Source of the DNA: Candidatus Brennerbacteria bacterium
Lineage (GTDB): Bacteria; Patescibacteriota; Minisyncoccia; UBA6257; GWB1-50-10
Reading direction: 5' to 3'
NCBI GenBank assembly: GCA_016183535.1
Contig: JACPEK010000001.1
Coordinates: 15,519-79,518 of the forward strand
Length of the DNA: 64,000 nt
Position 1 is the first letter of the stretch. Every line of letters starts with the position of its first letter. Below, piece after piece: positions 18,686-29,274 of the stretch. A program made the position numbers and the translations under genes. The notes beneath the pieces were generated by a model. The model was not told where the DNA came from and searched no databases. It saw nothing but the letters and a program-made list of their open reading frames with translations.

Positions 18686-20785
18686 TTACTGCTTTGTAAG
18701 CGTGAGATTTACTATCAAACGGCCAGGAATATCATCCGTCTCGTACGCAAAACGTGAGGTTTCGGTTTCCCGCCATGTGAAGCCGACGGGTGCCGCGATG
18801 GTAAGTGAGAGTTTGGTAGGCACGCCCGACTGTCGCTCGTAAACGAAGGTGTACCCCTCCCCCGCTTTCGACCCCTCCCCCGTTTTTCCGGGCGTCTGGT
18901 AGCGAACCTCAAGCGTGCGTGATTTTCCCGCCGCGACATTCATCCACGCCGCAAAGGCTTTTTTACCGAACGCGTTAAAGGTCCACGCCTGGAAATCGGA
19001 GGCAAACTTTTTGGTCATCTCGATAGATTTTTCAGCGGGGTAGAGATGTTCAACTTCCCGCGCGGTGAGTTCGGTTCCTTTCGGAGCGGGATCGTTGCCT
19101 TTTGTAAACACCAACTCCGCGGAAGGCGGCGTATAAATTTGAATATAGTTACGATTCGTGGCGCGCCAGAAAAGCTCGCGTTCGAGATCGCCACGATGCG
19201 TGCGCGTTACCGAGACGTCGGTCAGAAAAGCGCCATCGGTTGCAATATCCACGTATATATCCACTTTCTGTGTAATTACAAAATCGCTTTTTTTGCCGTC
19301 GAGATTTGCGTCTACCACGGCGAGGTAGTTGCCCCAAAATCCCGACGGCAGAGAATAGACGCCGCCGTCCCCTCCCGCATCCCGGATGAAGCGCGCAAGT
19401 TTCGGTTCGCGCGCGTAGAACATGAGATCTTTACGCTCGTAGTGGGTTTTGAGCATGTGAACGAGGTCTGTGGGCGTCTCTCCGTCCAGACTCGCCAAGC
19501 GTTCAAGGAGCACGGGGGTGAGTGCCTGCAGGATGCGTTTCGGTTTCCCCGCCGCTTTATCTTTGCCGAGCTCCACCTCGCGTTGAACTTCACGGAGAAA
19601 GTTTTCGTCGTCCAAAACAAGATTGTATTCGGAAAGCGCTACTGGCCCCGTTGCGTTGAGAAGCGATTCGATAACCGTGAAGTTCACTCCGATCACCATA
19701 TCGAACTTCACGCCGTAGTCCTCGTACATCTTGGAGGCTTCTATGAGGGACAAAACGGCTTCGGCGGAGGTCGGAAAATCGAAAAACCAATTTGCATCCC
19801 GCGCCTTCCATTCCGTCCATTCGCCGAAGGCTTCGGGCGAGCGGTATCCCGCGGCCAGTTGGCCATCCGGGTCGTAAATGTCGCGCACGTCAAGTTTTTG
19901 CATCGCGCCGTTCCGGACGGTGAGGTCCGCATAACTTCCGAGGAATCCTCCCGCCGGCCGTATCTCCGAAGGATTTTGAAACATGAGAAGAATGTGGCGA
20001 TCCGTGTCGGATGAGAGAAGCGAGGTGAGGGCGCCGAGGAATTCATCAAGCGCGTAAAGCTTCCCACTCCACGCGAGATAGCGTTCTCCCACGAATGAAT
20101 CGAGTGTGTCGAAGTATGGAGCGACCGACTTCAGCCGTCCCGTCGCGTTCTTAATATTCTGTGCGCTTGCGATTATCGCCTGGAGCGCTCGTCGCGCGTC
20201 CGAGAGTGAAGCGAGTATCGCGACACCATCACCCATGAACGAGACGAGTCCCTCCGCGCGGAGCGTCGCGAGTGAGTTCGTGAGCGCAAGGAAATTTGCG
20301 TTCACATTGATTGTGTCGCGCGCGAGCGACGCGGCTTCTCCAACGGCCGGCACGACTCCGCCCAAAACCCCCGCGAATGACGGTCCGTCGCGCGTCCCGA
20401 TGATCTTTGAAAATTTTTCGAGCTCCTCCTCATTTGCCTCAAAGTGCGTTGAAGCGGCCACAAAATCAAGCGTTTTAAGCGCGTCGACAGCCCGTGAGAA
20501 ATGATCGGCAATCGAAGTGCCGTGTCCGACGAGCGCGCTTCTTGCGGCGCGGAACCCCGCATAGAGCCCTCCCGTTCCCACGACGAGTGTGGCGATCACC
20601 GTAAACATAACGAGGCGCGCCTTTGCGGTATGAAAACGAGATGAGCGTTTCGGGGCGGTGAGATGTGCGCGGTGTGCGAGTAAAACCACGGGTTTGCCGA
20701 GCGCCTTACGGTGAGCCCCCCGCGGTCCTTTTACGTCTACCATTATCGGTTCGATATTCCGTTTTGATACCTTGATGCGCGTCAT
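18686..20785 (-). CDS. DUF4012 domain membrane-anchored protein
   Basis: LMFQNPSEIRPAGGFLGSY, RDANWFFDFPTSA, NL.GKKSD; ATG 20785 overlaps upstream stop. Confidence 0.8.
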   Translation of the reverse strand: MTRIKVSKRNIEPIMVDVKGPRGAHRKALGKPVVLLAHRAHLTAPKRSSRFHTAKARLVMFTVIATLVVGTGGLYAGFRAARSALVGHGTSIADHFSRAVDALKTLDFVAASTHFEANEEELEKFSKIIGTRDGPSFAGVLGGVVPAVGEAASLARDTINVNANFLALTNSLATLRAEGLVSFMGDGVAILASLSDARRALQAIIASAQNIKNATGRLKSVAPYFDTLDSFVGERYLAWSGKLYALDEFLGALTSLLSSDTDRHILLMFQNPSEIRPAGGFLGSYADLTVRNGAMQKLDVRDIYDPDGQLAAGYRSPEAFGEWTEWKARDANWFFDFPTSAEAVLSLIEASKMYEDYGVKFDMVIGVNFTVIESLLNATGPVALSEYNLVLDDENFLREVQREVELGKDKAAGKPKRILQALTPVLLERLASLDGETPTDLVHMLKTHYERKDLMFYAREPKLARFIRDAGGDGGVYSLPSGFWGNYLAVVDANLDGKKSDFVITQKVDIYVDIATDGAFLTDVSVTRTHRGDLERELFWRATNRNYIQIYTPPSAELVFTKGNDPAPKGTELTAREVEHLYPAEKSIEMTKKFASDFQAWTFNAFGKKAFAAWMNVAAGKSRTLEVRYQTPGKTGEGSKAGEGYTFVYERQSGVPTKLSLTIAAPVGFTWRETETSRFAYETDDIPGRLIVNLTLTKQ

Positions 20786-21921
20786 TGTTTTCGCACCGAT
20801 TCGAAGCAGGCAAGTGTTTTCCTGGCGGCCGTCTCCCACGAAAAGCGCGCGATGTTTGCAAATCCCGCGATTCGCAAACGTTCCGCCTCCCCGTTTCGCG
20901 AAAGTACCACGTCGATCGCCTCTGCCAGTTTGTCAGAACGGTGAGGATCGGCAAGGAGCGCGCTCGCGCCGAGCACTTCCGGGAGCGAACCGCCCGTCGA
21001 AGCCACAACCGGACATCCGCACGCTTGAGCCTCAAGGGGCGGGAAACCGAATCCCTCGTAGAACGAGGGGTATACGAACACCGCGGCGGTATTATAGAGC
21101 ATAAGAACGTCTTCCTTGCTCGCGGGACCCCAAAAGCGGATAGTGTTGCGGTACGGCGATTCCCGAAATGCTTTTACTACGTCGCCATAGAGCCACCCTA
21201 GTCTCCCCGCCACGACAAATCCGAAATCACGATAGGCAGGTTTGCGTTTTAAGAGATGAAAAGCTTCGAGTGCGCCGAGGACATTTTTGCGAGGCTCTAT
21301 GGTGCCCACATACAACATAAACGGCTTTGTGAGATTTTTTTCGACTCGGAAACGCGTGAGAATAAAATCGTGAGATGGGAGCGCCTGATAGCGTGGCGAA
21401 ATGCCCGAATGAATCATTGAAATATTTTCCTTCGGCACGTTCCAGAGTGAAATAAGATCTTGTTTTGTCGCTTCGGATACCGCGATCAGATGGCACGCGC
21501 GTTCAACCTGATGACGCACGTCTTGCGCCGCGTGCCAGAGTCGCTTTCCTCGCGGGAAGAAAAGCGGAAAACGCACGAACGAGAGATCGTGGATGGTAAT
21601 GATCCGGCGGGCGCGAGACGTGAATTTTAAAAGGTTGAAATGAGGACTGAAGTAGAGATCTGCCCGCGCGAGGCGATCCACTTTTGGAAATGATAAAAGA
21701 CGGAACGAAACATCGAGTAATCGGTTCGGCACTCCCCAATTCACGGAGGGAATTTTTCTCCACGCGCGTGGAAGTTTGAAAGTGTGCCAACCGTTCGTAA
21801 AAATTTGGTAGCGGTTTTTTTCGTCGATCTCAAAAAGCTTCGAGAAGAGATTAAGAGTGTACTCTTCTATGCCGGTGTGCACGCCGGAAAAAAGGAGGCG
21901 CGCGTCGAGAAGAATTTTCAT
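20782..21921 (-). CDS. Glycosyltransferase family 4
   Basis: TIHDL, VGTIEPRKN, YPSFYEGFGFPPLEAQACG. Confidence 0.93.
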   Translation of the reverse strand: MKILLDARLLFSGVHTGIEEYTLNLFSKLFEIDEKNRYQIFTNGWHTFKLPRAWRKIPSVNWGVPNRLLDVSFRLLSFPKVDRLARADLYFSPHFNLLKFTSRARRIITIHDLSFVRFPLFFPRGKRLWHAAQDVRHQVERACHLIAVSEATKQDLISLWNVPKENISMIHSGISPRYQALPSHDFILTRFRVEKNLTKPFMLYVGTIEPRKNVLGALEAFHLLKRKPAYRDFGFVVAGRLGWLYGDVVKAFRESPYRNTIRFWGPASKEDVLMLYNTAAVFVYPSFYEGFGFPPLEAQACGCPVVASTGGSLPEVLGASALLADPHRSDKLAEAIDVVLSRNGEAERLRIAGFANIARFSWETAARKTLACFESVRKQ

Positions 21922-23078
21922 TGGTGCGCGATATTAATTGATGCGGAAACGGCCCGGTGAATCACGCGATTAATATTCTCCACAAAGGCGCTTTTGGAAA
22001 ACCTGCGGGCGCGCGCCGCAATGACGTATGGATCAAACTGCAGGTTTTCAAACCGTCTTACTGCATCCACGATCGCTTCCGGCGTTTGGGAATGAAACTG
22101 GATTCCAGTCGTTCCATCCTCCACGATTTCGACGCCACCGCCCTTGCGGTATGCAATGACGGGCGTACCGCACGCCTGGGCCTCCGCGGCGACAAGGCCA
22201 AAATCCTCGATTTGAGGAAAAATAAGCGCTTTCGCTCCCCTGTACCGCGCGCGAAGCTCTTCATCGGAAATGTTTTTGACGAATGTGATGAGCGGCGCTA
22301 CCGCAAGTTTTTTCAACTTCACTTCTTCGGGACCCGCACCGATCACCATAAGCGCGCGTCCCAGCTTATTGAAAGCGCGAATACCGAGATCAAACCGCTT
22401 GTAGGAAAGGAGGCGTCCGGCCATCAGGTAATAGTTTTTGGTTGTTCGTTGATTGGTTTTTAGTTCCCCTCTCGTAAGCGGTTTCCAGAATTCGGTATCG
22501 ACGGGCGGATAAATAATCTCCGCTTCGCGGTCGTAATAAGCGCGGATTTTATCCGCAATAAAACGTGAATTTGCGAGAAATACGTCGACTCTGTCTGCCG
22601 CGCGCCGATCCCATCGCTGGAGCGCCCGCGCGAGAGGCTTCAAAACGGCTTCACGCAATGGCCAGGGAGAAAAAGGTATGTTTTTGAGGTAGTCGAATTC
22701 CCATGCGTAGCGGAGCGGGCTGTGACAATAACTTATATGCGTGGCGCCCGCAATGGCAAAACCTTTCGCGTAACCGGCGGAAGAAGACAGTACGAGATCA
22801 TAAAAATTCCCCGCGCGTGCGGCGGTCGGTTGGCTAGGTCTGACGGTGGCGGCCGCGAGCGGCATGAGAGGGATAAATGCGCGGTGGTGATGCCGCACGA
22901 ACGGCACATCGATCCGACTCGTCCCGGTCACGCGGCCTTCGAAAACCCCGCGCGTGCGCGCGGGATCGTACAGTAAAGTGAAAAGATCGGCTTTCGGGAA
23001 CATCCCAAGAAACACTTCAAGCACCCGCTCCGCACCCCCGTACTGATTCAAATAGTCGTGGAGGATGGCAACCCGCAT
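21918..23078 (-). CDS. Glycosyltransferase family 4 (WbaZ-like)
   Basis: HDYLNQYGGAERV, YCHSPLRYAW, EDFGLVAAEAQACG. Confidence 0.93.
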   Translation of the reverse strand: MRVAILHDYLNQYGGAERVLEVFLGMFPKADLFTLLYDPARTRGVFEGRVTGTSRIDVPFVRHHHRAFIPLMPLAAATVRPSQPTAARAGNFYDLVLSSSAGYAKGFAIAGATHISYCHSPLRYAWEFDYLKNIPFSPWPLREAVLKPLARALQRWDRRAADRVDVFLANSRFIADKIRAYYDREAEIIYPPVDTEFWKPLTRGELKTNQRTTKNYYLMAGRLLSYKRFDLGIRAFNKLGRALMVIGAGPEEVKLKKLAVAPLITFVKNISDEELRARYRGAKALIFPQIEDFGLVAAEAQACGTPVIAYRKGGGVEIVEDGTTGIQFHSQTPEAIVDAVRRFENLQFDPYVIAARARRFSKSAFVENINRVIHRAVSASINIAHQ

Positions 23079-23113
23079 CGTTTTATCATTGTATCTGTTT
23101 TGCCGAAACGCGG

Positions 23114-23704
23114 CTATACACCCGTCGGATCGGTCAAAAAAATCACAACCGTTTTCCAGAGAATCTTCAGATCTAACCCGAGCGAAGCGTTTTTCAGGTA
23201 GGTGGCGTCATATTCAAGTTCTGCGAGAAACGGGAGCGCGGAGGCGCCCATGACCTGCGAGAGTCCCGTGAGGCCCGCCTTCGCGTTCGCGAGATGTTTG
23301 AATTCGGGCGGGTAGGCGGCGACCTCCTCCGGCTCGTGCGGACGTGGACCTATGAGCGTCAGTTCCCCCTTGAGTACGTTCCAAAATTGTGGAAATTCAT
23401 CCACGCGGAGCATGCGGAGCAATCTCCCGATTTTGGTGAGGCGCGGATCGTCCTTGATTTTGAAAAAAGGCCCATCGTTCCTTTCGTTGAGGTGAGAGAG
23501 ACTTGTTTTCATTGTCGAAGCTCCCTTTATCATCGTTCTGAACTTCCATACTCGCACAAGCCTCCCCTCGCTCACGCGCGCGAGCCCCACAAAGATCGGG
23601 CGTCCGCTTTCCCGCGCGATCGCGAGTGCGATGAATGGTGTAAATGGCGCAACGAACGCGAGTCCGCACAATGCGCCGACAACATCAAGGATCCTCTTTG
23701 TCAT
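23114..23704 (-). CDS. Sugar transferase (bacterial phosphoglycosyl transferase)
   Basis: KRILD, KFRTM, DDPRLT.IG..LR..DEFPQ..NVLKG, GPRP, GLTGL.QV. Confidence 0.92.
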   Translation of the reverse strand: MTKRILDVVGALCGLAFVAPFTPFIALAIARESGRPIFVGLARVSEGRLVRVWKFRTMIKGASTMKTSLSHLNERNDGPFFKIKDDPRLTKIGRLLRMLRVDEFPQFWNVLKGELTLIGPRPHEPEEVAAYPPEFKHLANAKAGLTGLSQVMGASALPFLAELEYDATYLKNASLGLDLKILWKTVVIFLTDPTGV

Positions 23705-24372
23705 GGGATGATGAGGACAAATTCTCCGCGGCCTCGGGGGCCGGTAAAACGCCCTGGGGCATCTCCTACCTCCCCGCTCCATACCTCTTCATGTACCTTC
23801 GTGAGTTCGTGGGCCACCACAATCAACGCTTTATCTCCCAATATGCTCGCAAGCGCGTTGAGGGTTTTTAGGAGACGGTGGGGCGATTCATAAATCACAA
23901 GCGGGCGTACGGTGATGGTGGAAAGCGATGAAAAAAACGTATTTCTCCCCTTTTTTGCCGGAGGATAGCCAAGAAACGTAAAACGTTCCGCGGGAACACC
24001 GGCTACAGAAAGCGCCGCGGTGATTGCTGAAGGCCCAGGAACGGCGACGATGGGAACGGCGGGAAGCGCCGTCCGGATCGCGGTGACGAGCCGACTCCCC
24101 GGATCGGCGATTGCGGGTGTGCCGGCATCCGTTACCACCGCTACTGCCATGCCTTGAATGAGCATATCCCGTATCTCCGTGAATCCGCGCGTGTGAGAGT
24201 GTTCGTCATATCTCCGTACGGGCGCGCCGATGCCATATCGTGAAAGAAGTTTTCTCGCCACGCGCGTATCTTCCGCATAGATAAGATTCGCGGTTTTAAG
24301 CGTCTCAAGAGCCCGAAGAGTAATGTCCTTCAGGTTGCCTATCGGGGTCGCCACAAGATAAAGTGTCCCCAT
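23701..24372 (-). CDS. rsmI: 16S rRNA C1402 2'-O-methyltransferase
   Basis: LYLVATPIGNL.DIT.RA, AEDTR, DAGTP.IADPG, YESPHRL, HELTK.HEE. Confidence 0.96.
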   Translation of the reverse strand: MGTLYLVATPIGNLKDITLRALETLKTANLIYAEDTRVARKLLSRYGIGAPVRRYDEHSHTRGFTEIRDMLIQGMAVAVVTDAGTPAIADPGSRLVTAIRTALPAVPIVAVPGPSAITAALSVAGVPAERFTFLGYPPAKKGRNTFFSSLSTITVRPLVIYESPHRLLKTLNALASILGDKALIVVAHELTKVHEEVWSGEVGDAPGRFTGPRGRGEFVLIIP

Positions 24373-24398
24373 GCCGCGAGATCCTTTGGAATCCGCGG

Positions 24399-24719
24399 CT
24401 ACGCTTTAAGCCGCTCTCTTATTTTTCTATTCGAAAATCCACGCAGATAATAAAGTTTTCCTTTGTGTACTTTTTTGGGACTGGAAAGTACTTGAATCCG
24501 CGCGAGGGTAGGCGTGTGGAGCGGAAAAACCTTCTCAACCCCCACTTCGTGGATCATCGCCCGTACCGTAAAGCTTCCTCCAGCCTCACTCCCATGCTGG
24601 CGGGCAAGCACAATGCCTTCGAACGCACTTTCGCGCTCTTTCCCTCCTTCCTTGATGCGTTCCCAGACACGCACGCGAGCTCCCGGACGTATTTTTTTCT
24701 GAATTTCAGAATCAATCAT
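24399..24719 (-). CDS. rplS: 50S ribosomal protein L19
   Basis: IKEG.KER..FEG.V, FTVR, VGVEKVFPLH, KLYYLR. Confidence 0.95.
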   Translation of the reverse strand: MIDSEIQKKIRPGARVRVWERIKEGGKERESAFEGIVLARQHGSEAGGSFTVRAMIHEVGVEKVFPLHTPTLARIQVLSSPKKVHKGKLYYLRGFSNRKIRERLKA

Positions 24720-24809
24720 AACTTCTAGAGTTTAGCGGTTCGTCCGTTCTGTGTCAAATGGAAAAAGAACTCTTTTCCCGCTCCATTGCTCGTTTTTTTG
24801 ATCTTTTAC

Positions 24810-24837
24810 TTGAAAATGCCGGATGATATGGTATACT
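24810..24837 (+). promoter_or_regulatory. Sigma-70 promoter of 3D-domain gene
   Basis: TTGAAA-16-TATACT with TG extension. Confidence 0.55.
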
Positions 24838-24895
24838 TACGGCATTGATGAAAAGCACCCTGCGGAAGGGCGTTTTTTATTGGAAACGCCACCAT

Positions 24896-25405
24896 ATGTT
24901 ATCGTACATCCTTGCGGCGGTGACCGCGGCCATGGTTTTTGTGGTTGCTCCCCCCGGCGCGGTGGAAGAAAAAGCGGCGGGAGTTGCGGAAGCGCATGCG
25001 CAAGCGGCCGAATCAAGTTTAACGGCGGTGACCGCGGCAAGGTCCTCCCAAGACCATTCCGGTAGCGTTTCAAAAACGCTCTCGGCGTGGGTAACGGCGT
25101 ATTCTTCAACGCCCGAGGAAACCGATGAGACTCCTTTTCTCACGGCGCGCAATACGGAGGTGCGGGACGGCATCGTGGCCACAAATTTCCTTCCCTTCGG
25201 GACGAGGATCATGATTCCCGAGCGCTTCGGCCAAAAAGTGTTCATCGTGGAAGACCGGATGCACCGCCGGAAGACCAATTTCGTGGACGTCTGGATGTCC
25301 ACCAAGGAAGCGGCGAAGGAATTTGGTATTTCTTTCACCACCATCGTGGTGCTCGAGAAAGGCCACAATGCCGTGGCGAGCGTTCACGAAGCGGCGGCCG
25401 ACTAG
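24896..25405 (+). CDS. 3D-domain (lytic transglycosylase-like) secreted protein
   Basis: Signal peptide; TAYSS..ETD..PF.TA, ATNFLPFGT, VEDRM, VDVWM..A..FG. Confidence 0.85.
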   Translation: MLSYILAAVTAAMVFVVAPPGAVEEKAAGVAEAHAQAAESSLTAVTAARSSQDHSGSVSKTLSAWVTAYSSTPEETDETPFLTARNTEVRDGIVATNFLPFGTRIMIPERFGQKVFIVEDRMHRRKTNFVDVWMSTKEAAKEFGISFTTIVVLEKGHNAVASVHEAAAD

Positions 25406-25424
25406 GCGCCCTTCCGGGGCGTCT

Positions 25425-25748
25425 TTAGTTTATGGCGTCTATCTTAGCCGCGAGGATAAAATCGTTCTCGGACAAGCCGCCGATCGCGTGTGTCCAAAGT
25501 TCCACCACTACCTTTCCCCACGAGAGCTGAAGGTCGGGGTGGTGGTCTTCCGTTTCCGCGATCTCCCCTATTTTGTTCGCGAACGCGAGCGCCTGCGTGA
25601 AATTGGAAAACGCGAACTCTTTTCTTATCTTTTTGGCGTCTATCACTCCCCATCCCTTTACTTCCTTGAGATAGCGCTCGAGCGCCATACCTTGAAGCGC
25701 CGACATTCCACCGTCACACGCCGCGCATTTCTTCAAGAGGAGATCCAT
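25425..25748 (-). CDS. phhB: Pterin-4a-carbinolamine dehydratase
   Basis: AE.EDHHPD, WTHAIGGLSENDFILAAKID. Confidence 0.93.
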   Translation of the reverse strand: MDLLLKKCAACDGGMSALQGMALERYLKEVKGWGVIDAKKIRKEFAFSNFTQALAFANKIGEIAETEDHHPDLQLSWGKVVVELWTHAIGGLSENDFILAAKIDAIN

Positions 25749-25891
25749 TTTGACATTATGGCAGTTGTTGTGTTAAAACGCAAACAACATACTTATCACG
25801 CCGCGGTTTCTGCAGGCGAATGCCTGAAATATGCCAATACCGGCGCGCCTTGAAACATTAGGAGCTTCCTCTTTGGAAGCTCCTCTCTTTT

Positions 25892-26530
25892 TTACGCCCG
25901 ATATCGTCTTTCCGCTTCTTGCCAACGCACCACGTTCCACCAATTTTCGACATATTCCGCTCTGCGGTTCTGATATTTCAGATAGTAGGCGTGTTCCCAG
26001 ACGTCGAGGCCTAACAGGGGCACCTGACCGTTAGTCAACGGCGCATCTTGGTTCGCGGTGGTAATAATTTGCAGTGTTTGGTTGTGAATTGAAACGAGCC
26101 AGCACCAACCGCTCCCGAAGTGGCCCGCCGCGGCGGCGGTGAATTTTTCCTTAAACGCGTCGAAACTTCCGAACGTGTCCGCGATCAGTTTTATAAACTC
26201 ACGCGAGGGCGCATCACCTCCTCCGCCTGCTGGTGATGCCATCATCACCCAAAAAAGCGAGTGGTTGTAGTGCCCCCCACCGTTGTTTCTTACGGCCGTG
26301 CGGATATCCTCCGGCACCGCGTTAATATTCCTCAACATTTCCTCAAGCGCCTCCATTTCGGGCTTGCCCGCCATAGCTTCAGCGAAGGCGGGGTGCTTCT
26401 CAAGTGCCGCGTTCAACTTCTCCACATACGCCGCGTGATGTTTTGCGTGGTGGATCTCCATCGTCCTCGCGTCTATGAAAGGCTCAAGCGCATCGTACGC
26501 GTAGGGAAGTTTTGGCAACTCGTAGCCCAT
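25892..26530 (-). CDS. sodA: Mn/Fe superoxide dismutase
   Basis: [36 protein letters not shown]. Confidence 0.95.
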   Translation of the reverse strand: MGYELPKLPYAYDALEPFIDARTMEIHHAKHHAAYVEKLNAALEKHPAFAEAMAGKPEMEALEEMLRNINAVPEDIRTAVRNNGGGHYNHSLFWVMMASPAGGGGDAPSREFIKLIADTFGSFDAFKEKFTAAAAGHFGSGWCWLVSIHNQTLQIITTANQDAPLTNGQVPLLGLDVWEHAYYLKYQNRRAEYVENWWNVVRWQEAERRYRA

Positions 26531-26535
26531 ATCGT

Positions 26536-27216
26536 TTATTTTACGCCGGCGTGGAACGCGCTCAAGGGGCACTTTGCGTGATCGTGTTTTCGCGCGGGGC
26601 AATACTTTCTTCCGTATTCAATGAGGAGATATGTCAACTTGAACCAATATTTTTTCGGGAAGAGCGCCATAAGATCCCGTTCGATCTTTATAGGTTCGCG
26701 GTGGGACGAGAAACCGAATACGCGCGCGAGACGCAGGACGTGGGTATCCACCGCAATCCCCTCCACTACGCCATAGGCGTTCCCGAGCACCACGTTAGCG
26801 GTTTTCCGGCCTACCCCGGGAATTGTGATCATCTCGACCATCGTGCGTGGCACCTTCCCGCCAAATTGTTTCTTCACCGTCCGGGCCGCAGCTAAAATAT
26901 TTTTTGCCTTTGCGCGATAGAAACCGGTTTGATAAATGTCTTTCTCGAATTCTTGAACGGCCCGCCGGCTGGCGGATGCGCGCAGATAGTCGCCAAACGT
27001 GCGATATTTCTTAAAAAGCTTCGCGGTCACCTCGTTTACCTTTTTGTCGGTGCACTGCGCGGAAAGAATGACGGCGACTAAGAGTTCCCAAGGATTTTCA
27101 TATCTCAAGACGATTCCCGCGCGCGGAAACATTTTCCATAAAACACGGAACATACGCGCCGCCCGGGCGCGCCGAAGTTGCGGCGACCGCGAGCCCGCGC
27201 GTTTCGTTTTCATCAT
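26536..27216 (-). CDS. nth: Endonuclease III
   Basis: [36 protein letters not shown]. Confidence 0.95.
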   Translation of the reverse strand: MMKTKRAGSRSPQLRRARAARMFRVLWKMFPRAGIVLRYENPWELLVAVILSAQCTDKKVNEVTAKLFKKYRTFGDYLRASASRRAVQEFEKDIYQTGFYRAKAKNILAAARTVKKQFGGKVPRTMVEMITIPGVGRKTANVVLGNAYGVVEGIAVDTHVLRLARVFGFSSHREPIKIERDLMALFPKKYWFKLTYLLIEYGRKYCPARKHDHAKCPLSAFHAGVK

Positions 27217-27425
27217 GCCACCGCCTGTGATTTCCGCGGTCGTTCCGAAATGAAATAGAGATACACGATGTCGAGGAGTCCTACCGTGTTGATGAGAAGG
27301 AGCGCCACGAACCATCCCGTGTGCCGGCGGGCGGCGGCCTTCCAAAGCGCCATTCCTTTCCACGGGAGGGACCACAGGATTCCGATCCATATAATCCACT
27401 GGTGCTCCAAGAAGAATTGTTCCAT
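27213..27425 (-). CDS. DUF5652-type small membrane protein
   Basis: WSLPWKGMALWKAA..WF..LL.INT.G.L.I.Y. Confidence 0.8.
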   Translation of the reverse strand: MEQFFLEHQWIIWIGILWSLPWKGMALWKAAARRHTGWFVALLLINTVGLLDIVYLYFISERPRKSQAVA

Positions 27426-27454
27426 GCGGGTAGTATAGCACTATAATGAGCATA

Positions 27455-28393
27455 ATGGAATTTACCGCACCACATAACGGCCGGCTCGATACTCTCCTTA
27501 TGGAGACGCTTCCGGAGTTTTCCCGACATCGCATCAAGAGAGGCATCGCGGGAGGCGCCGTGCGGGTAAACGGCGTGGTCGCCGCAAAGGCGGGCGCGAA
27601 AGTGAAGCTCGGCGCCTTTATTTCCGCCGATGAAACAATTTTTCCTCCGGCGGCGGACAAACGCCGCCCCCTACCCGCCCCGAAAATACCCCTCGAAATT
27701 CTCTATGAAGATGATGATTGTCTTGTGGTGAATAAGCCGGCGGGGCTACTTACCCACCCCACCGCGACCCGACTTGCGGACACGCTCGCGGGTGCGCTTC
27801 TCGCGCGGTACCCCTCGCTCGCCACGGTAGGTGAAAATCCGCTTCGACCAGGAATCGTTCATCGTCTGGACGAAAACACCTCCGGACTCCTCGTCTTCGC
27901 GAAAACGCAGATCGCGTTTAAGTTTTTGAAGCGGCAGTTCATAGGTCGGAGCGTGCAAAAAACTTACCTCGCGCTTGTCGAGGGCGTTCCTGTGCAAAAG
28001 GAAGGTGTGATTGAGTATGCGATCCGCCCCTCTTCGAAAAATCCGGCGAAGCGCGTGGCAATAAAAAGAGTTCTCCCGCACGGCACGGAGAAAAGAGAAA
28101 AAAAATCCGTGCGAGAAGCCGAAACGCGCTATCGCGTCGTGGAGTCGTTCGGGAAGCGATACGCGCTTATGGAACTCAAACCGAAAACCGGCCGTACGCA
28201 CCAGATCCGCGTGCATCTCGCCGCGATTGGCCATCCTGTGGTCGGCGACACGCTCTATGGCTCCCGCACGCGCGGCATCCGTCAGCTTCTCCACGCCGCC
28301 CGCCTCGAATTTATCCGTCCGAACCGCAAATCTATTTCACTTACATCTCCGCTCCCACATGACTTCCGGTTGTTTCTTAAAAAACTCAAATAG
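27455..28393 (+). CDS. RluA/RluD-family pseudouridine synthase
   Basis: S4 domain, NKPAG, HRLDENTSG, TGRTHQIRVH, GD.LYG; start 27446 or 27455. Confidence 0.93.
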   Translation: MEFTAPHNGRLDTLLMETLPEFSRHRIKRGIAGGAVRVNGVVAAKAGAKVKLGAFISADETIFPPAADKRRPLPAPKIPLEILYEDDDCLVVNKPAGLLTHPTATRLADTLAGALLARYPSLATVGENPLRPGIVHRLDENTSGLLVFAKTQIAFKFLKRQFIGRSVQKTYLALVEGVPVQKEGVIEYAIRPSSKNPAKRVAIKRVLPHGTEKREKKSVREAETRYRVVESFGKRYALMELKPKTGRTHQIRVHLAAIGHPVVGDTLYGSRTRGIRQLLHAARLEFIRPNRKSISLTSPLPHDFRLFLKKLK

Positions 28394-28411
28394 ACAGTGC
28401 CTGTTAAAAAG

Positions 28412-28442
28412 AAAAACACCGCTCCTCACAAGCGGTGTTTTT
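28412..28442. terminator. Bidirectional intrinsic terminator
   Basis: aaaaacaccgct-cctcaca-agcggtgttttt between convergent genes. Confidence 0.75.
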
Positions 28443-28479
28443 ATCTGCACATTTTGAAGTGCGCGATTATTATACCATA

Positions 28480-29241
28480 TCACTCTCTTTGTTCAAGTTC
28501 GCACGCCGCCTTGCGATAGGCACAAAAATCACAATCTCCTCCCGCAGGCGGAATTTTATCGCTCCGCAGGCACGCGTGTATGGCGTAGATGACGTCCTCC
28601 ACCCAGGCGTCATCGCCTTCATACGGGATAAGTTTCACATCAAACTCCAGCCGCCCGTCGAAAGCCGCGCGGTCGGTCTTCCCGTTCACGTAGACAAAAT
28701 AACCGGTTTTCGACACCGCGAATTCATTCTTCCGGAAAAGCCATTGGTACACCTCCATCTGTCGTTTGTATCCTATCTGCCAGTCCGCGTCCAAAGACAC
28801 CTCGGCATCTTTCGCGGTCGCCTTGTAATCCACAATCATAAGCTCCCCTTTCGGAGTAACCCAGAGGTCGTCGATGCCGCCCGTGAGAATCAGGTTTGTC
28901 GGTTCATGGAAATACGTTATGCCGCCGCCCAAGGAATCACGCCACTGATCCATCCGTTCATGCGCCATCGGTACCGCGTCTACGCCGTATTGCTCCATGA
29001 GAGGATGTTTGGTTTTCGCCGCGCGATGGATATCAAACTCTTTCTTAAGAAGTTTGTCGACGGCGCTGTTCAAAGAGAACGGGAATCCCGGCGGCTGACC
29101 CACCCCGAGCCGGCGATCCAGATAAAAACAGCGCGGGCAGTTAAGAAAGAGATCAATCTTGGAACGGCTCAAACGGAACGGTTCCTTGCTTTTCGGGTCG
29201 TAAAGATTTCGCGCCCGTTTCGGATTGTAATATTTTGACAT
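28480..29241 (-). CDS. PD-(D/E)XK nuclease (Cas4/AddB-like, Cys cluster ligands)
   Basis: LSRSK..F..CPRCFY, GGIDD..IVDYKAT, RQME.Y, C-terminal CDFC.Y....C. Confidence 0.88.
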   Translation of the reverse strand: MSKYYNPKRARNLYDPKSKEPFRLSRSKIDLFLNCPRCFYLDRRLGVGQPPGFPFSLNSAVDKLLKKEFDIHRAAKTKHPLMEQYGVDAVPMAHERMDQWRDSLGGGITYFHEPTNLILTGGIDDLWVTPKGELMIVDYKATAKDAEVSLDADWQIGYKRQMEVYQWLFRKNEFAVSKTGYFVYVNGKTDRAAFDGRLEFDVKLIPYEGDDAWVEDVIYAIHACLRSDKIPPAGGDCDFCAYRKAACELEQRE

Positions 29242-29274
29242 ATTCTTTTTATGATACTATCCCCGTTGATATCC

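Noticed and set aside
24853-24880. Terminator-like hairpin just after the 3D-gene promoter (possible riboswitch)
   Set aside because: Stem is weak with a mismatch, and the leader is too short to match any aptamer I recognise
28480-29241. Cas4-like nuclease as sign of a CRISPR-Cas locus
   Set aside because: No repeat-spacer array or other cas genes seen in the window; solo PD-(D/E)XK genes are common
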